DNA of 64,000 nucleotides, taken from positions 112,158,001 to 112,222,000 of the forward strand of contig OZ024744.1 of NCBI GenBank assembly GCA_964016885.1. The letters are read 5' to 3'. Below, in pieces: positions 12,889 through 25,436 of this stretch. Under the pieces are notes generated by a model. The model was given only the letters and a program-made list of their open reading frames with translations. It was not told the DNA's origin and did no database searches. Source of the DNA: Eledone cirrhosa. Taxonomy: Eukaryota. How positions within the stretch are numbered: position 1 is the stretch's first letter; every line of letters starts with the position of its first letter. The translations under genes and the position numbers were made by a program.

Positions 12889-13693
12889 ATGAAGTCCCAA
12901 ATTTTGCACAGTTAGTACCTCTCACTCTATCTTCCTTGCTCTCCTTCTCTCTCTCTCTCTATATATATATATCAATCTTCTCAAAGGTTTTAATGGACAT
13001 GAGTTAGTTGTTAGTTCGTTTGAGAATACAGCTACCTTGGCTACAATTGTTCCTATAATGGCTTAGTTGTTAGTCTAAAAATTGTTCTCTTAACAGCTCG
13101 CCTAACCTCCGCTGGTGCAATGGTGCTACTCTGATATAGTGATACATGCTGAGGAATGTCACACAGAAAGATATTATTATCGTAGAATGTTAGAATTGTT
13201 GAAAAGACTAGATCTGTTAGAGAGGGAGATGAAGAAAGAAAACATTGGTTGTTGAGTGATATAGCAGTTGCAGGACATGAGATGATTGATGAGAAGATAA
13301 CGATATTTATAGTAGCCACAGAAATTTGAAATAATATGGACAGAGTGAAATATATTCTTGGCTGTTGTTGAGGTCTTTTAGTGTAGTTAGAAAGAAAAGC
13401 CAAATTGGATCTCAAATATTAATGAAAGTAGGGTGAACTGCAGAACACTTGGGCATTCTTTATGACCTGTTCATCATCATCATCACCATTTAACATGAAT
13501 TGTCTACACTAGCATGGGTTAGACAAGTTGTCCGTTTGTGATTGATACAAGCCAAGTCAGGTGACCACGTTTTGCTCATACAGAACTGTTTCAGGCTTCG
13601 TTTCTAAAGCTGGATGCCCTTCCTAACACCAACAACATTTACAGTGTCCCTGCATGTTAATTTTGATGACATGACATCTTTCTGAGCTTGAAG

Positions 13694-13949
13694 TTATAAT
13701 AATAATAATAATAATGATGGTGGTGGTGTGCTGGTGGTGATGGTGGTGATGGTGGCGATAATGATGGTGGTGATGATGATGGTGGTGGTGGTGGTGGTGC
13801 TGGTGGTGATGGTGGTGCTGGTGGTGGTTGTGATGGTGGTGTTTGTGATGGTGATGGTGGTGGTGGTGGTGATGATGATGATGGTGATGGTGGCAGTGGC
13901 GGTAACGGTGGTGGTGGTGGTGGTGGTGGTGGTGATGATGGTGATGATT
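13694..13949. repeat. (TAA)n followed by (TGG/TGA)n trinucleotide repeat
   Basis: Direct reading; poly-V and poly-T ORFs are artefacts. Confidence 0.95.
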
Positions 13950-13989
13950 ATGTATTCAGTATTCTTTAAGAAAACAAGGAACGTGTGTG

Positions 13990-14700
13990 ATAACAAAAAT
14001 ACTTGGTTATGGTTACGAAAAGGCTTCATTAAGAAAGAAAACAAAGACTTATATTAGCAGCACAAGATCAAGCCATAAGAACAAGGTGGGTAATGAAAGA
14101 CATAGACAAGAAAGATGTTAAATCTGAATGTGGAATTTGTGGGGAGAAAGCAGAGATAGTTGCCCAATAAGTTCCAGAGTTTAAACAGTTAGCCCAGAAT
14201 GATTATAAAAAAGGCAGACATGATATGGTGGTTACCGTTGCACTGGAGTTTTGTGTAAAAAGTATGGATTTACATGTGCAAAAAAGCTATGAAAACGGTG
14301 TCACAAATTAGGTGAGAGTGCTAGAGAATGATACAATACAGCTTTTATGGGACTTCCTACTTCAGACTGAGATGAAGATTGAACACAGCAGACCAGATAT
14401 TGTTGTAATTGAGAAGGAAAGAAAGTGAACCCTCACAGATGTAGCATGTCATGTTGATATCAGAATCGAACAAAAGGAGAAAGAGAAATTAGGGGTTTAT
14501 ACCGACATAAAATATGAGATCTTGAAAAGCTGGAGTAATGAAGTGTAGACAGTCATCATTGTCCCAGTGGTGATTGGTACTCTTGGTATGGTGACAAAGA
14601 ACCTTAACAACTACCTGTTGAAGATAGATTTTGCACCAGAAGTCATCCCTACTGGGAACAGCCTGAATATTGAGAAAGGTTCTGGACTACCAACAGTAGT
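13990..14700 (+). pseudogene. degraded R4/Dong-like LINE 3' end (CCHC plus restriction-like endonuclease)
   Basis: Readable remnants AAQDQAIRTRW, ECGICGEK, LWDF, SRPDIVV, PVVIGTLG. Confidence 0.75.
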
Positions 14701-15224
14701 GAAATGACAAGGAAGAATAGGAAAATGTTGGTGTTACCCTAGGTTAAAAGTTGCAGCGTGATCTTCCCTAAAATAACTGGGTCTGGCCTTCCCATGGCGA
14801 GGAGGCGTGTGTGTTCTGTACATCTGAGAGAGCATTACTGTCTGTTCATAGTAGGACCACCTTAGGCATGCCTGTCTCCTGGGGAAGTTCCAGACCAATG
14901 GTGACTTGCGGTATATCAGTTCGCTGCCAAGATAGCAGCCCCATTATCAGACTATTCTGCAGAAAGCCAACAACCCAACCCGCCCAGAAGAACCATCAAT
15001 CTGTTATGATACCAACCAGAAGAAACCAAACTGCCCATTGGATCAGACCTCTGCATGCTCCCCACCAATGAAAAATTGACTTATGCTACACATTTGTGGT
15101 GCCACATGGAATGACCTGTTGCTCCTTCACCCCAGAGCAGCCACTCTGCTGGTCCTAGAGCTATCCCACTATAACATCATACTGGCATAACTCTGCAAGA
15201 CACGGTGACCTGGCAGCAGTGAAT

Positions 15225-15968
15225 TTATTGCAGGAGATGGATAGAAATGGATAGGAAGACTAGGAAGCTATTGACTAACTACAACATGTTCCACAAGAGG
15301 AGTGATGTTGATAGACTCTACTTAAAGAGATCTGAAGGTGGAAGAGGTCTTATCAGCATAGAGGACTGTGTTCAGATGGAGAAAAACAGTCTACCCAAAT
15401 ATGTGTCTGACAGTAGGGAGCCAATGCTCAAAGTTATACTGAAGGAGAAAACAATAGACCAGGGGATGTCCAAGGAGGAAGTAACAACAAGGAGGAAGAG
15501 CAACCTTCATGAAAAATCCCTTCATAGTACCTTCTTTAAGAACATGGAATTCAGAGATCCACCAACATGGAACTGGTTAAAAAGAGGAGACCTTTAAAAA
15601 GCTACAGAAGAAATGCTAATGGCTGCGCAAGAGCAAGCCCTCAGAATGAAGTGGGTGAAACATCATATTGACAAGGAGGAGGCTAGCTCACTGTGTAGGA
15701 TCTGTGGAGAGAGAGAGGAGTCTGTGGCTCACATTGTATCCGAGTGTAAACACCTAGCCCAGACTCACTATAAGGGCTGGAGACATGATGTGATAGGCAG
15801 GGTGATCCACTGGCACCTATGCAAAGTAAACAATTTACCACATTCTGAGAAGTGGTATGAGCATAAGCCAGAGTCGGTGATAGAAAACGATCAGGTGAAG
15901 GTGCTGTGGGATTTTAGGATACAGACGGACAAGAAATTAGAACACAATAGGCCTGACCTGGTGGTTTT
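15225..15968 (+). pseudogene. R4/Dong-like LINE fragment
   Basis: DVDRLYLKRSEGGRGL, AAQEQAL, CRICGEREESVAHIVSEC, RHD, LWDFRIQTD, NRPDLVV. Confidence 0.85.
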
Positions 15969-16080
15969 GTCTATCAGAGTGTGCATCATGGTTCACAGTA
16001 AGGCACGGATGAGGGGGGGAGTATGTTATAATTGAGAAGAGGTATTTGTGAATTGCCCCTTATCATTCATTCAAATTATG

Positions 16081-16404
16081 AGGACTAAGGTAGGACTATA
16101 TAATATCCTTAGGGAGCAGGGGACTAGGGTAGGGCTATATAACAACCTTAGGGGCAGGGGAGTAGGGTAAGGCTATATAATAACCTTAGGGGGCAGGCAA
16201 CTGAGGTAGGGCTATATAACCTCAGGGGGCAGGGGATTAAAACAACCTTAGGGGGTAGGGGATTAGGGTAAGGCTATATAACAACATGAGGGGGCAGGGG
16301 ACTAGGGTAGGGTTATATAACAACCTTAGGGGGCAGGGGACTAGGGTAGGGCTATATAACAACCTTAGGGGGCAGGAGACTGAGGTAGGGCTATATAACA
16401 ACAA
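16081..16404. repeat. about 39-bp G-rich minisatellite
   Basis: Unit aacaaccttagggggcaggggactagggtagggctatat, about 8 degenerate copies. Confidence 0.85.
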
Positions 16405-16689
16405 CTATATATCACAACAGAACTTTACAATTTTTGCCTCAGCCCTAAAAAGAAAGAAAGCACACCCCAGCTGTTTAGTGTTAGCAGGAAATATTTGTGG
16501 ATAACATAAGTTAAACCTGAAATATGCCTGGGTAGAAATTAGCATTAAATGACAGCATAATCTATAATTTATACAACAACAGCATGTTAACCCATTTGAG
16601 GGTAATGATGCTTTTTGTTGGTACCCTAGACAAACTTTCAGCACTTTGAATTGCAAATTTGTTCACTTAATTAAGAATGAAGGTGTGTC

Positions 16690-16950
16690 TGTCGTCTTAT
16701 GTTCAAGGTGTTGAGCTTAGGATCATAATATTGTGAGTTTGATTCCTGGACCAGGAGGCATGCTGAGTTCTTGAGCAAAACACTTTATTTTATGTTGCTC
16801 CAATACACTCAAATCAAGGGGTTGGGGGTAATCCTGTGATGGACTGATGTCTTGTCCAGGGGAAGTCTTGAACTCTTACTCACTTAATAACTTAAACTCG
16901 GGATGAAAACCAGCCTGATGTCCCTGGTGGATTGGGACAGACTTTAACAT
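16690..16950 (+). mobile_element. degenerate tRNA-derived SINE related to family 2
   Basis: gtgagtttgattcc B-box; ttcttgagcaaaacactttattttatgttgctcca core. Confidence 0.6.
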
Positions 16951-17127
16951 TTTTTTTAATGAGAATAAAAAAGAAATTGAGGACAATTTGGGTATATGTG
17001 AGAATATAAATCATAGTTTCTTACATGTTAGCAAACAATCTATACATAATAAAGGGAGGAGTGCGGGACTGGGCCCTCTTTATATTTTTTAGCATGTTAG
17101 TAAGATAAGTTAGATCTTTCAATAAAT

Positions 17128-17317
17128 AATTGTTTCTACTTTAGGCACAAGGCCAGCAATTACCCAGTGTATTACTGGTACTTTATTTTTATCGACCCCG
17201 TAAGGATGAAAGGCAAAGTTAACCTCGGGGGGATTTGAACTCAGAACGTAAAGGGACGTAACTATGCTGGAAAGCATGGCGTCCGACCCTCTACCGATAC
17301 TGCCAATCCACCGCCCT
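17128..17317 (-). mobile_element. SINE family 1
   Basis: Family consensus; TSD-like ctttcaataaata. Confidence 0.9.
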
Positions 17318-17529
17318 TTCAATAAATCTTTCAATAAATAATGAATGAATATTACATAATTTATGTACTAAATTTCGTAACTCTTGATTAAATATAAATA
17401 ATTATATTGCTTATTTCAAGCTTCACAAATACACATACTTTCACAGAAACACATACATACATTCACACATTCACACAAACACACAATATTTGTTGTTACA
17501 TGTTTATTCACGGTTGTATAAAAATATAA

Positions 17530-17714
17530 TAATTGTTTCTACTTTAGGCACAAGGCCAGCAATTACCCAGTACATTACTGTTACTTTATTTTATCGACCC
17601 TGTATGGATGAAAGGAAAAGTTAACCTCGGCGGGATTTAAAATCAGATCATAAAGGGACATAACTATGCTGGAAAGCATGTCTGACCCTCTACCGATACT
17701 ACCAATTCACCGCT
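17530..17714 (-). mobile_element. SINE family 1
   Basis: Family consensus. Confidence 0.88.
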
Positions 17715-17806
17715 TAAATATGATCATATAATGGTTACAGAACGAAAACACAAATAAATATGATGTATACAAAGGAAAGGGAAAGTAAAAAAAGAAAGAG
17801 AAAAAA

Positions 17807-18967
17807 ACACACAAGCAGGTAATACACACATCTAGGACCACATTCAACACACAAGCTGGTAATACACACATCTAGGACCACATTCCACACACAAGCAGGT
17901 AATATATACATCTAGGACCACATACAACACACAATCAGGTAATGTATACATCTAGGACCACATACAACATACAACCAGGTAATACACATATCTAGGACCA
18001 CATACAACACACAAGCAGGTAATGTATACATCTAGGACCACATACAACACACAAGCAGGTAATGTATACATCTAGGACCACATACAACACACAAGCAGGT
18101 AATACATACATCTAGGACCACATACAACACACAAGCAGGTAATACACACATCTAGGACTACATACAACACACAAGCAGGTAATACACATATCTAGGACTA
18201 CATACAACACACAAGCAGGTAATACATACATCTAGGACCACATACATCACATAAGCTGGTAATACACACATCTAGGACCACATTCAACACAAGGTAATAC
18301 ATACATCTAGGATCACATACAACACACAAACGGGTAATATATACATCTAGGACTACATACAACACACAATCAGGTAATACACACATCTAGGATCACATAC
18401 AACACACAAGCAGGTAATACATACATCTAGGACCACATACAACACACAAGCAGGTAATACATACATCTAGGACTACATACAACACACAATCAGGTAATAC
18501 ACACATCTAGGACTACATACAACACACAAGCAGGTAATACACACATCTAAGACCACATACAACACACAAGCAGGTAATACATACATCTAGGACCACATCT
18601 AGGAACACAGAATCAAGTAATACACACATCTAGGACCACATACAACACACAAGCAGGTAATACACACGTCTAGGACCCCATACAACACACAAGCAGGTAA
18701 TACACACGTCTAGGACCACATACAACACACAAGCAGGTGATACTCATGTCTAGGACCACATACAACACACAATCAGGTAATATACACATCTAGGACCACA
18801 TACAATACACAAGCAGGTAATACATACATCTAGGACCACATACAACACACAAGCAGGTGATACTCATGTCTAGGACCACATACAACACACAATCAGGTAA
18901 TATACACATCTAGGACCACATACAATACACAAGTAGGTAATACATACATCTAGGACCACATACAACA
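17807..18967. repeat. 40-bp tandem minisatellite, about 29 copies
   Basis: Unit acacaagcaggtaatacacacatctaggaccacatacaac. Confidence 0.95.
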
Positions 18968-19049
18968 AAAGGCAGGCGAAAGGGATGGACAAACGAGCTA
19001 TTACCAGAGCAAAAGATAACAATATAGCAAGGAGGACTGGGGAACCTCT

Positions 19050-19280
19050 CTAATAATTTTTGAGGCAAGCCAGTACACTCACAGTGTTACCTCGGGCGAT
19101 GGCGAGGCTGAGGTGCTGAAACAACCAGGCACCCTCACAAGCATCACCAGTTACCTCAGTTAGGTGAGTTGCTAGTGAAGACAAGAAGCTTGCAGTGAGT
19201 AGCCTGATTCCCGCAAATGTGTCGAACGCCACAGGCTGGAAAATGTAGTTAGCTGACAGTTCACGGTATTCCATTCGGCT
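19050..19280 (-). pseudogene. CRE-like non-LTR retrotransposon 3' fragment (endonuclease C-terminus)
   Basis: YIFQPVAFDTFAG...TGD...WLFQHLSLAIARGNTVSVL resembles the F.P.A.ET.G...LFQRLS.A.QRGNA motif. Confidence 0.65.
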
Positions 19281-19531
19281 GTGTTTTTTAGGTTAATTTT
19301 TAAAAACAATGTTCTTAATGATGATAATAATATGTACAGACATACATACATTCGTGCATGCACACATGCTCTCACACACACACACTTATATATACACATA
19401 CAAACATACATAGAGAAAATAACAGTACTAGGCACTGCACATATATTTACAAAGAGTACTTCTCAATACAATAATCCTGCACAGACCCAAGGAACATAGA
19501 GCTGTACCAGGTAATGCAGTTACAACACACA

Positions 19532-19870
19532 TGGAGGCACATGGCTTAGTGGTTAGAGCATTGGCGTTGCAATCGAAAGGTTGTGAGTTCAATTCTCAAA
19601 CCGGGTGATGTGTTGTTTCCTTGAGCAAGACACTATATTTCACATTGCTCCAGTTTACTCAGCTGTAGAAATGAGATGATAGGGACTGGGGTCACTATCA
19701 TTCCACTGCAAAGAGGTCGTGTAGGTGCCACGGCAAAAAAGCACCCAGCACTCACTGTAAATGAGGTTGGTGTTAGGAAGGGCATCCAGCTGTAGAAATC
19801 AAGCCAGAATCAGTTCCCGTCCCACCCTTGCAAGCAGGGAAAAAGCGGATGTAAAATGAAATGAAATGAT
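19532..19870 (+). mobile_element. full-length tRNA-derived SINE family 2 with RTE-derived 3' part
   Basis: A-box tggcttagtgg, B-box gagttcaattc, core ccttgagcaagacact; tail cccgtcccacccttgcaagcaggg matches the LINE end at 31853-31890. Confidence 0.9.
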
Positions 19871-20036
19871 CAATAAGACTAATATAGATATTGATAATAA
19901 TAATTTTGAGAAGGGTGATGGGGGGAATTTAAACCCCAGAAGGTAACCGAAAGTCCCTGGGTCATTAATTATGACCTGTCCTTGGTTTAGTAATGTGTCA
20001 AAAGAACAGCCTGCGAAAGAAATAATAATAATAATG

Positions 20037-20449
20037 ATTTCTAGTATAGGCACAAGGCCAGTAATTTGGGGTGAGGGGAAAGTCGATTAAATCGACCCCA
20101 GTACATTACTGGTACTTTATTTTATCGATCCCGTAAGGATGAAAGGGAAAGTTAACCTCAGCAGGATTTGAACTCTGATCATAAAGGGTCGTAACTCTAT
20201 GCTGCAAAGCATGGCGTCTGAGCCTCTACTGATACTGCCAATCCAATAATAGTAGTAATAATTGTTTCTACTTTAGGCACAAGGCCAGCAATTATCCAGT
20301 GCATTACTGGTACTTTATTTTATCGACCCCGTAAGGATGAAAGGCAAAGTTGACCTTGGCGGGATTTGAACTCAGACCGTAAACTTAAAGGGACGTAACT
20401 ATGCTGGAAAACATGTCCAACCCTCTACCGATACTGCCAATTCACCACC
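20037..20449 (-). mobile_element. two tandem SINE family 1 copies (20037-20245 and 20261-20449)
   Basis: Family consensus present twice. Confidence 0.88.
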
Positions 20450-20453
20450 AGTA

Positions 20454-20498
<45 letters not shown>

Positions 20499-21880
20499 GA
20501 GTTGAATGCAAGGAATAGGATCGATGCCATAAACACGCTTGCCATACCAGTAGTAACCTACAGTTACAATGTCATCAACTGGTCAAGCACAGAGATCCGT
20601 AGGCTTCGATACAAAAATTCGAAAATTCTTAACCATGCACAGAATGCATCACCCTAAGGCAGATATAGATAGAATATATCTCCCTAGGAAAGAAGGAGGA
20701 TGTGGGTTAATCCAGTTAGACATTGCGTTGAAAACTGCAACAATTGGATTATCTACATATCTAAAGGAATCACATGATTGGATGATCAAACTCGTTTTGA
20801 AACACGAAAGCATCAAAAGATCATACTCCATTACAAAAGATGCACAAAGATACAGTAATGGACTACACATTTCAGAAGTCCCATTTACTGCTGAAATGGA
20901 AAACACAGAAAAAGCAAAGCAGGTAAAAGTAACTGCAAAGAAAGAACTGCTACAGAAACTGGCTAAGAAATGGCAAGAAAAGCCTCTGTATGGAAAATAC
21001 CCAGAAAGAGCTAACAATCCTGATGTTGACAAAACTTTAACCCATCAGTGGTTGGCATCCTCTGGACTGAACTTGGAGACTGAAGGACTGATTATATGAG
21101 CACAAGATCAGTGTCTGCCAACAAAAAATTACCAAGCCAACATAATAAAAAATGGATGCAACCCATTATGCCGTGTATGTAAAAAACAACCAGAGACCAT
21201 TGATCATATAATTTCAATGTGCAGTCCTATAGCTCCAACCGAATACCTAAACAGGCACAACAGAGCTGCATAATACATACATTGGAAATGTGTAAGCATT
21301 TTGACCTGCCCCATCAAAAGAATTGGTGGGAGCATCAACCACCTCCCATACTTGAAAAAGATCACATCTCAATCTTGTGGAACTTTAGCATCCAAACAGA
21401 CCAAAAAAATAGATGCAAATAGACCTGATATAATACTGAAGGACTTTAAAAAGAGGGTATGCCTGCTAATTGATATGTCCGTTCCAATAGACAAGAATGT
21501 ATCTATAAAAACATTTGAAAAATTGAGCACGTATAAAGACCTGGAGATAGAAATTGGAAAATTGTGGAAATTGAGAACTAAAACAATACCAGTGGTTGTA
21601 GGCGCTCTGGGAATGATACCTAAGGGGTCTAATGATTACTTATCGCAAATCCCAGGAAACCCACGTATAGGAGAAATACAAAAGATAGTACTAATGGGAA
21701 CTGCCCATATACTAAGGAAGATTCTGTCAATATAAATACATCACAAGTCTAAACACTAAAGATGCATGTGTGAGTATGTATGTTCTTTCTTGAACATGGC
21801 GGACCTTGTTGTCTCTTGAGGTCACTGGTTGTGACTTGGTGATAACTCGTATGAACATAAAGCAAGATAAAGGAAATTGA
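20499..21880 (+). pseudogene. 5'-truncated R4/Dong-like LINE in a (TAA)n tract
   Basis: HPKADIDRIYLPRKEGGCGL, QDQCLPT, CRVC, NRPDIIL, LIDMSVP, YKDLEIEI, IPVVVGALG; (TAA)n at 20455-20498 and a TAA/CAA-rich tract at the 3' side. Confidence 0.9.
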
Positions 21881-22232
21881 TGATGATAACAACAACAATA
21901 ACAATAATATTAATAACTGAGGAAAGAAACATGTGACTTTCTTTTTCCAGAATTTTCTCTGGAACCAGTGTGATGAATTATTTGTTGATAGATTCCAATG
22001 ATATTGTGCACTCCTGATAGAGCAAGAGAAGAAGAAAAGCCATAGTTATGCAGTGTAATAATAATGTAGTGTTTGAGACCATCAGGTGTCAACTCAGTGA
22101 CAGTAGAACAAGCAAACACAGCCAGAGTGTGGGAATACTATAAATAGCTTAAATACTAACTACTACTCAACTGAAATATCAAGATTGTTTGGATGCTAGC
22201 TAAACTCTATAATGGAAAGAACCAAAGTAGTC

Positions 22233-22243
22233 AAGTAATAACT

Positions 22244-22275
<32 letters not shown>

Positions 22276-22282
22276 TCACACA

Positions 22283-22359
<77 letters not shown>

Positions 22360-22490
22360 ACACTCAAACCACACATACACACACACACACACACACTCAG
22401 ATACAGACACAAACACACACACTCACACACACATATACACAATCACAAACACACATGTATATATATATATATACACACAAACACACACAT
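22233..22490. repeat. (CA)n microsatellite
   Basis: Direct reading. Confidence 0.95.
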
Positions 22491-22717
22491 GTAAGTATCA
22501 TCATCATTTTAAACTGCATTTTTCCATGCTGCCATGTCTTGGTCATGATGGTTAGAGGCAGTGGTTGACTGCCCTTACTGATGTCAACCCTTTTAGTTGC
22601 CTCTTACATACATATATAATCATCATTATCACGGTTTAACGTTCCTTTTTCCACACTAGCATGGGTTAGACGATTTGTCCCGTTATGAGACACGCCAAAT
22701 CAGATGACCAGGTCTTA

Positions 22718-22770
<53 letters not shown>

Positions 22771-22793
22771 ATGTGTATATATATATATATATA

Positions 22794-23098
22794 AGAATTA
22801 AAATACTAGAGTGTGTTGGAGTTAAATACCCTCTTCATATTATAGAAATGACAGTAAAGGTATAGCTCAATGTAATGGAACAGAGCCGAAGAATTATAAA
22901 AAAATAAAGCAAAGAAGCCTTCAATACATCAAAAGTTTCGTCCTATTAAGGACTCATCAGGGCAAGTAAAGCTACAAGAAGCACTATCGGCCAATACAAG
23001 CCAAAATCTCAGAAGAATAGGGAGTATACATCTATTAAAGCTTAGGAAAGATATCAAGGAAAAGTTTGCTAAGATTAAGAGTGAGCAGTTACAAACAT
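22794..23098 (-). mobile_element. hammerhead-bearing element family G (copy with stem III deleted)
   Basis: Near-identical to 27263-27560; minus strand CTGATGA-gtcc-ttaata-ggac-GAAAC at 22935-22960. Confidence 0.75.
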
Positions 23099-23123
23099 AG
23101 TATATATATATATATATATATAC

Positions 23124-23380
23124 ATGGTGGCTGCCAACTCGTTTTCGAGTACGGCCACTACTTTATATCCATGTAGGAGAACCCCTACTGATGCGCTGAA
23201 AGAGTGTGACTTTTTAGTCCAGCCAGTGACTTGAAAACTCTGGTACAAACACTACACCTGTGACAATTATTAACACATAGTGCTGGGCCCATATGTATGT
23301 ATGTATGCAGCATCGGTAGGGGTTCTCCTACATGGATATAAAGTAGTGGCCGGACTCGCAAACGAGTTGGCAGCCTCCGT
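23124..23380 (-). mobile_element. 3' end of a LINE (probably RTE-type) with C-terminal C2H2 finger, plus a short inverted copy
   Basis: CSVCTRVFKSLAGLKSHTLSAH stop; 23308-23380 is an inverted repeat of 23127-23196; homologs at 43042-43130 and 43302-43600. Confidence 0.65.
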
Positions 23381-23587
23381 GTATATATATTATATGTATG
23401 TATATATATCAAAGCTCTTAAGAGTCAATGGTCATCCAAAATCACCGGGAGAGATGACCCCTTAACCTTTGTAAAGGCAGAATTCTAGGAGAAGGAAAAT
23501 TCTGATATATATATATATATATATACATATATACACACGAATATATATACACACAATCATACATATATATATCTATATATATGCACA

Positions 23588-23621
<34 letters not shown>

Positions 23622-23639
23622 TATATATATACATTACAT

Positions 23640-24057
23640 ATATTAGCAAATGGAAACTATATTTATAAAACCCTATTTATTTCATTATACATATTTCAAG
23701 GACACCAAGTCAAATTATGGTGTGCTTTCATCAGATAAAATATAATATAGATCAGTTTTATAAATAAATTTTGATGCAACCATTTCTGTTGGAAGCTTCA
23801 GAAATGGTCACATTCTTTAAGGGTATGTCAATATTTATTTATAAAACTGATCTATATTATATTTTATCTGATGAAAGCACACCATAATTTGACTTGGTGT
23901 CCTTGAAATATGTATAATAAAATAAATATGGTTTTATAAATATAGTTTCCATTTGTTAATATATCGTATTTTTACTCCAATAATTTGTTGAGTGCTTTAT
24001 ATCAGTTATAAAAATATTTGCTTGTTGTATCCCAACAATTTAAATAGAACTTTTACA
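23640..24057 (+). mobile_element. fold-back hammerhead element (family A/D)
   Basis: Arms 23640-23770 and 23832-23962 are inverted; 3' extension to 24057; flanked by (TA)n. Confidence 0.8.
23860..23924 (+). ncRNA. type I hammerhead ribozyme motif (mirror copy at 23678-23742, minus strand)
   Basis: tattttat-CTGATGA-aagcacacc/ggtgtcctt-GAAA-tatgta-TA-ataaaata; perfect 8-bp stem I. Confidence 0.82.
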
Positions 24058-24290
24058 TATATATATATATATATATATTTTCAATCACATATATTTTTAT
24101 TTGTTTGACCCGAATTACTTGGTCGTTTCTATGGCTGTGCGGATAATGGTTTAACCATCGTCTCAGTGTGTTTGGCCTTTAACGTATGTTGTAGCTCTGG
24201 TTCGTTAGAATTTATTGAGCACTTGCCACACATCTCGGAAGTTGTTTTTCGCTAATTTCCAATAGCCGAAATACGATTCTCGCTAACTTA

Positions 24291-24341
<51 letters not shown>

Positions 24342-24342
<1 letters not shown>

Positions 24343-24765
24343 GTAGGAGGTGAGTTTTATTGTAGTACAATAAAGCAATGCAGATATCGGATAAGAAGCA
24401 CTCTACAGTTTGTGGGACTGGAGTATGCATAATATAAGATCAAAAGATGGTTAAAGGAGTTCAATATATTTTATTATGCGCATTTCAAAAACAAACATCA
24501 TCAAACAATAATATTTGTGTTTTCATCAGATAAAACAGGAGAACATGATATGAAGGCTAAAAAAACACTTGTTGATAGTGCAGTTTTAAATCAACATATC
24601 AGATATGTTGATTTAAAACTGCACTATCAACAAGTGTTTTTTTAGCCTTCACATCATGTTCTCCTGTTTTATCTGATGAAAACACAAATATTATTGTTTG
24701 ATGATGTTTGTTTTTGAAATGCGCATAATAAAATATATTGAACTCCTTTAACCATCTTTTGATCT

Positions 24766-24773
<8 letters not shown>
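24342..24773 (-). mobile_element. palindromic hammerhead element family E
   Basis: 172-bp arms 24429-24600 and 24602-24773; extension 24342-24428; homolog at 41870-42298. Confidence 0.85.
24665..24735 (+). ncRNA. type I hammerhead ribozyme motif (mirror at 24467-24537, minus strand)
   Basis: tgttttat-CTGATGA-long stem II-GAAA-tgcgca-TA-ataaaata; palindromic stem III. Confidence 0.82.
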
Positions 24774-24814
<41 letters not shown>

Positions 24815-24928
24815 AGTATTGAAGTTTCCGTTGAAAATTGAAAAAGTCATAGGAGGAAGATTCAACCCCAGTACCGTGTGTAGATATCTATGTATATATA
24901 TATGTGTGCGTATATATATATATATATA

Positions 24929-25350
24929 TATTAATAAGAGGAATTCCAACTTTGTCTGATTTACTCGTTTTATTTACAATCCTTTAAAATATATATAATA
25001 TGGTATTATAATGAAATAGTATGATAGAATATTAAATTCTAAGTGTTAATTGAACAAGTACTTTCATGCTTTCGCAATCTTCAGGTTCATGATATGTGGT
25101 GACAGTCGAGTTTGCAATTTTCGAACAGTTGAAAATTGCAAACTCGACTGTCACCACATATCATGAACCTGAAGATTGCGAAAGCATGAAAGTACTTGTT
25201 CAATTAACACTTAGAATTTAATATTCTATCATACTATTTCATTATAATACCATATTATATATATTTTAAAGGATTGTAAATCAGACTAAGTTGGAATTTC
25301 TCTTATTAATATAATCTTCTATACACAATCATACACACCCATGTATTTTT
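24929..25350 (+). mobile_element. palindromic hammerhead element family F
   Basis: About 190-bp arms around a centre near 25126; flanked by (TA)n. Confidence 0.8.
25164..25202 (+). ncRNA. minimal type I hammerhead motif (mirror at 25051-25089, minus strand)
   Basis: tgaac-CTGAAGA-ttgc(gaaa)gcat-GAAA-gtac-TT-gttca. Confidence 0.78.
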
Positions 25351-25363
25351 ACCTATCTATATC

Positions 25364-25398
<35 letters not shown>

Positions 25399-25436
25399 AT
25401 AGATATATATTTGTATGTGTATATATATATAAATAT

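Noticed and set aside
13053-13415. Unique-sequence ORF as a host exon (also 21910-22119, 53192-53416, 7536-7718)
   Set aside because: No recognisable domain and no consistent splice donor/acceptor pairs
19532-19605. tRNA gene
   Set aside because: A and B boxes belong to SINE heads that continue into SINE core and tail; no complete cloverleaf
24078-24289. Hammerhead in the 10765/24078 repeat family (CTGAGA...GAAAC...GTC on the minus strand)
   Set aside because: The core lacks a nucleotide, stems I and III are not convincing, and the second copy does not conserve it
24429-24773. Palindromes as sequencing fold-back artefacts
   Set aside because: Arms carry mismatches or indels, one arm of element A has SINE insertions with TSDs, and independent copies share the same architecture
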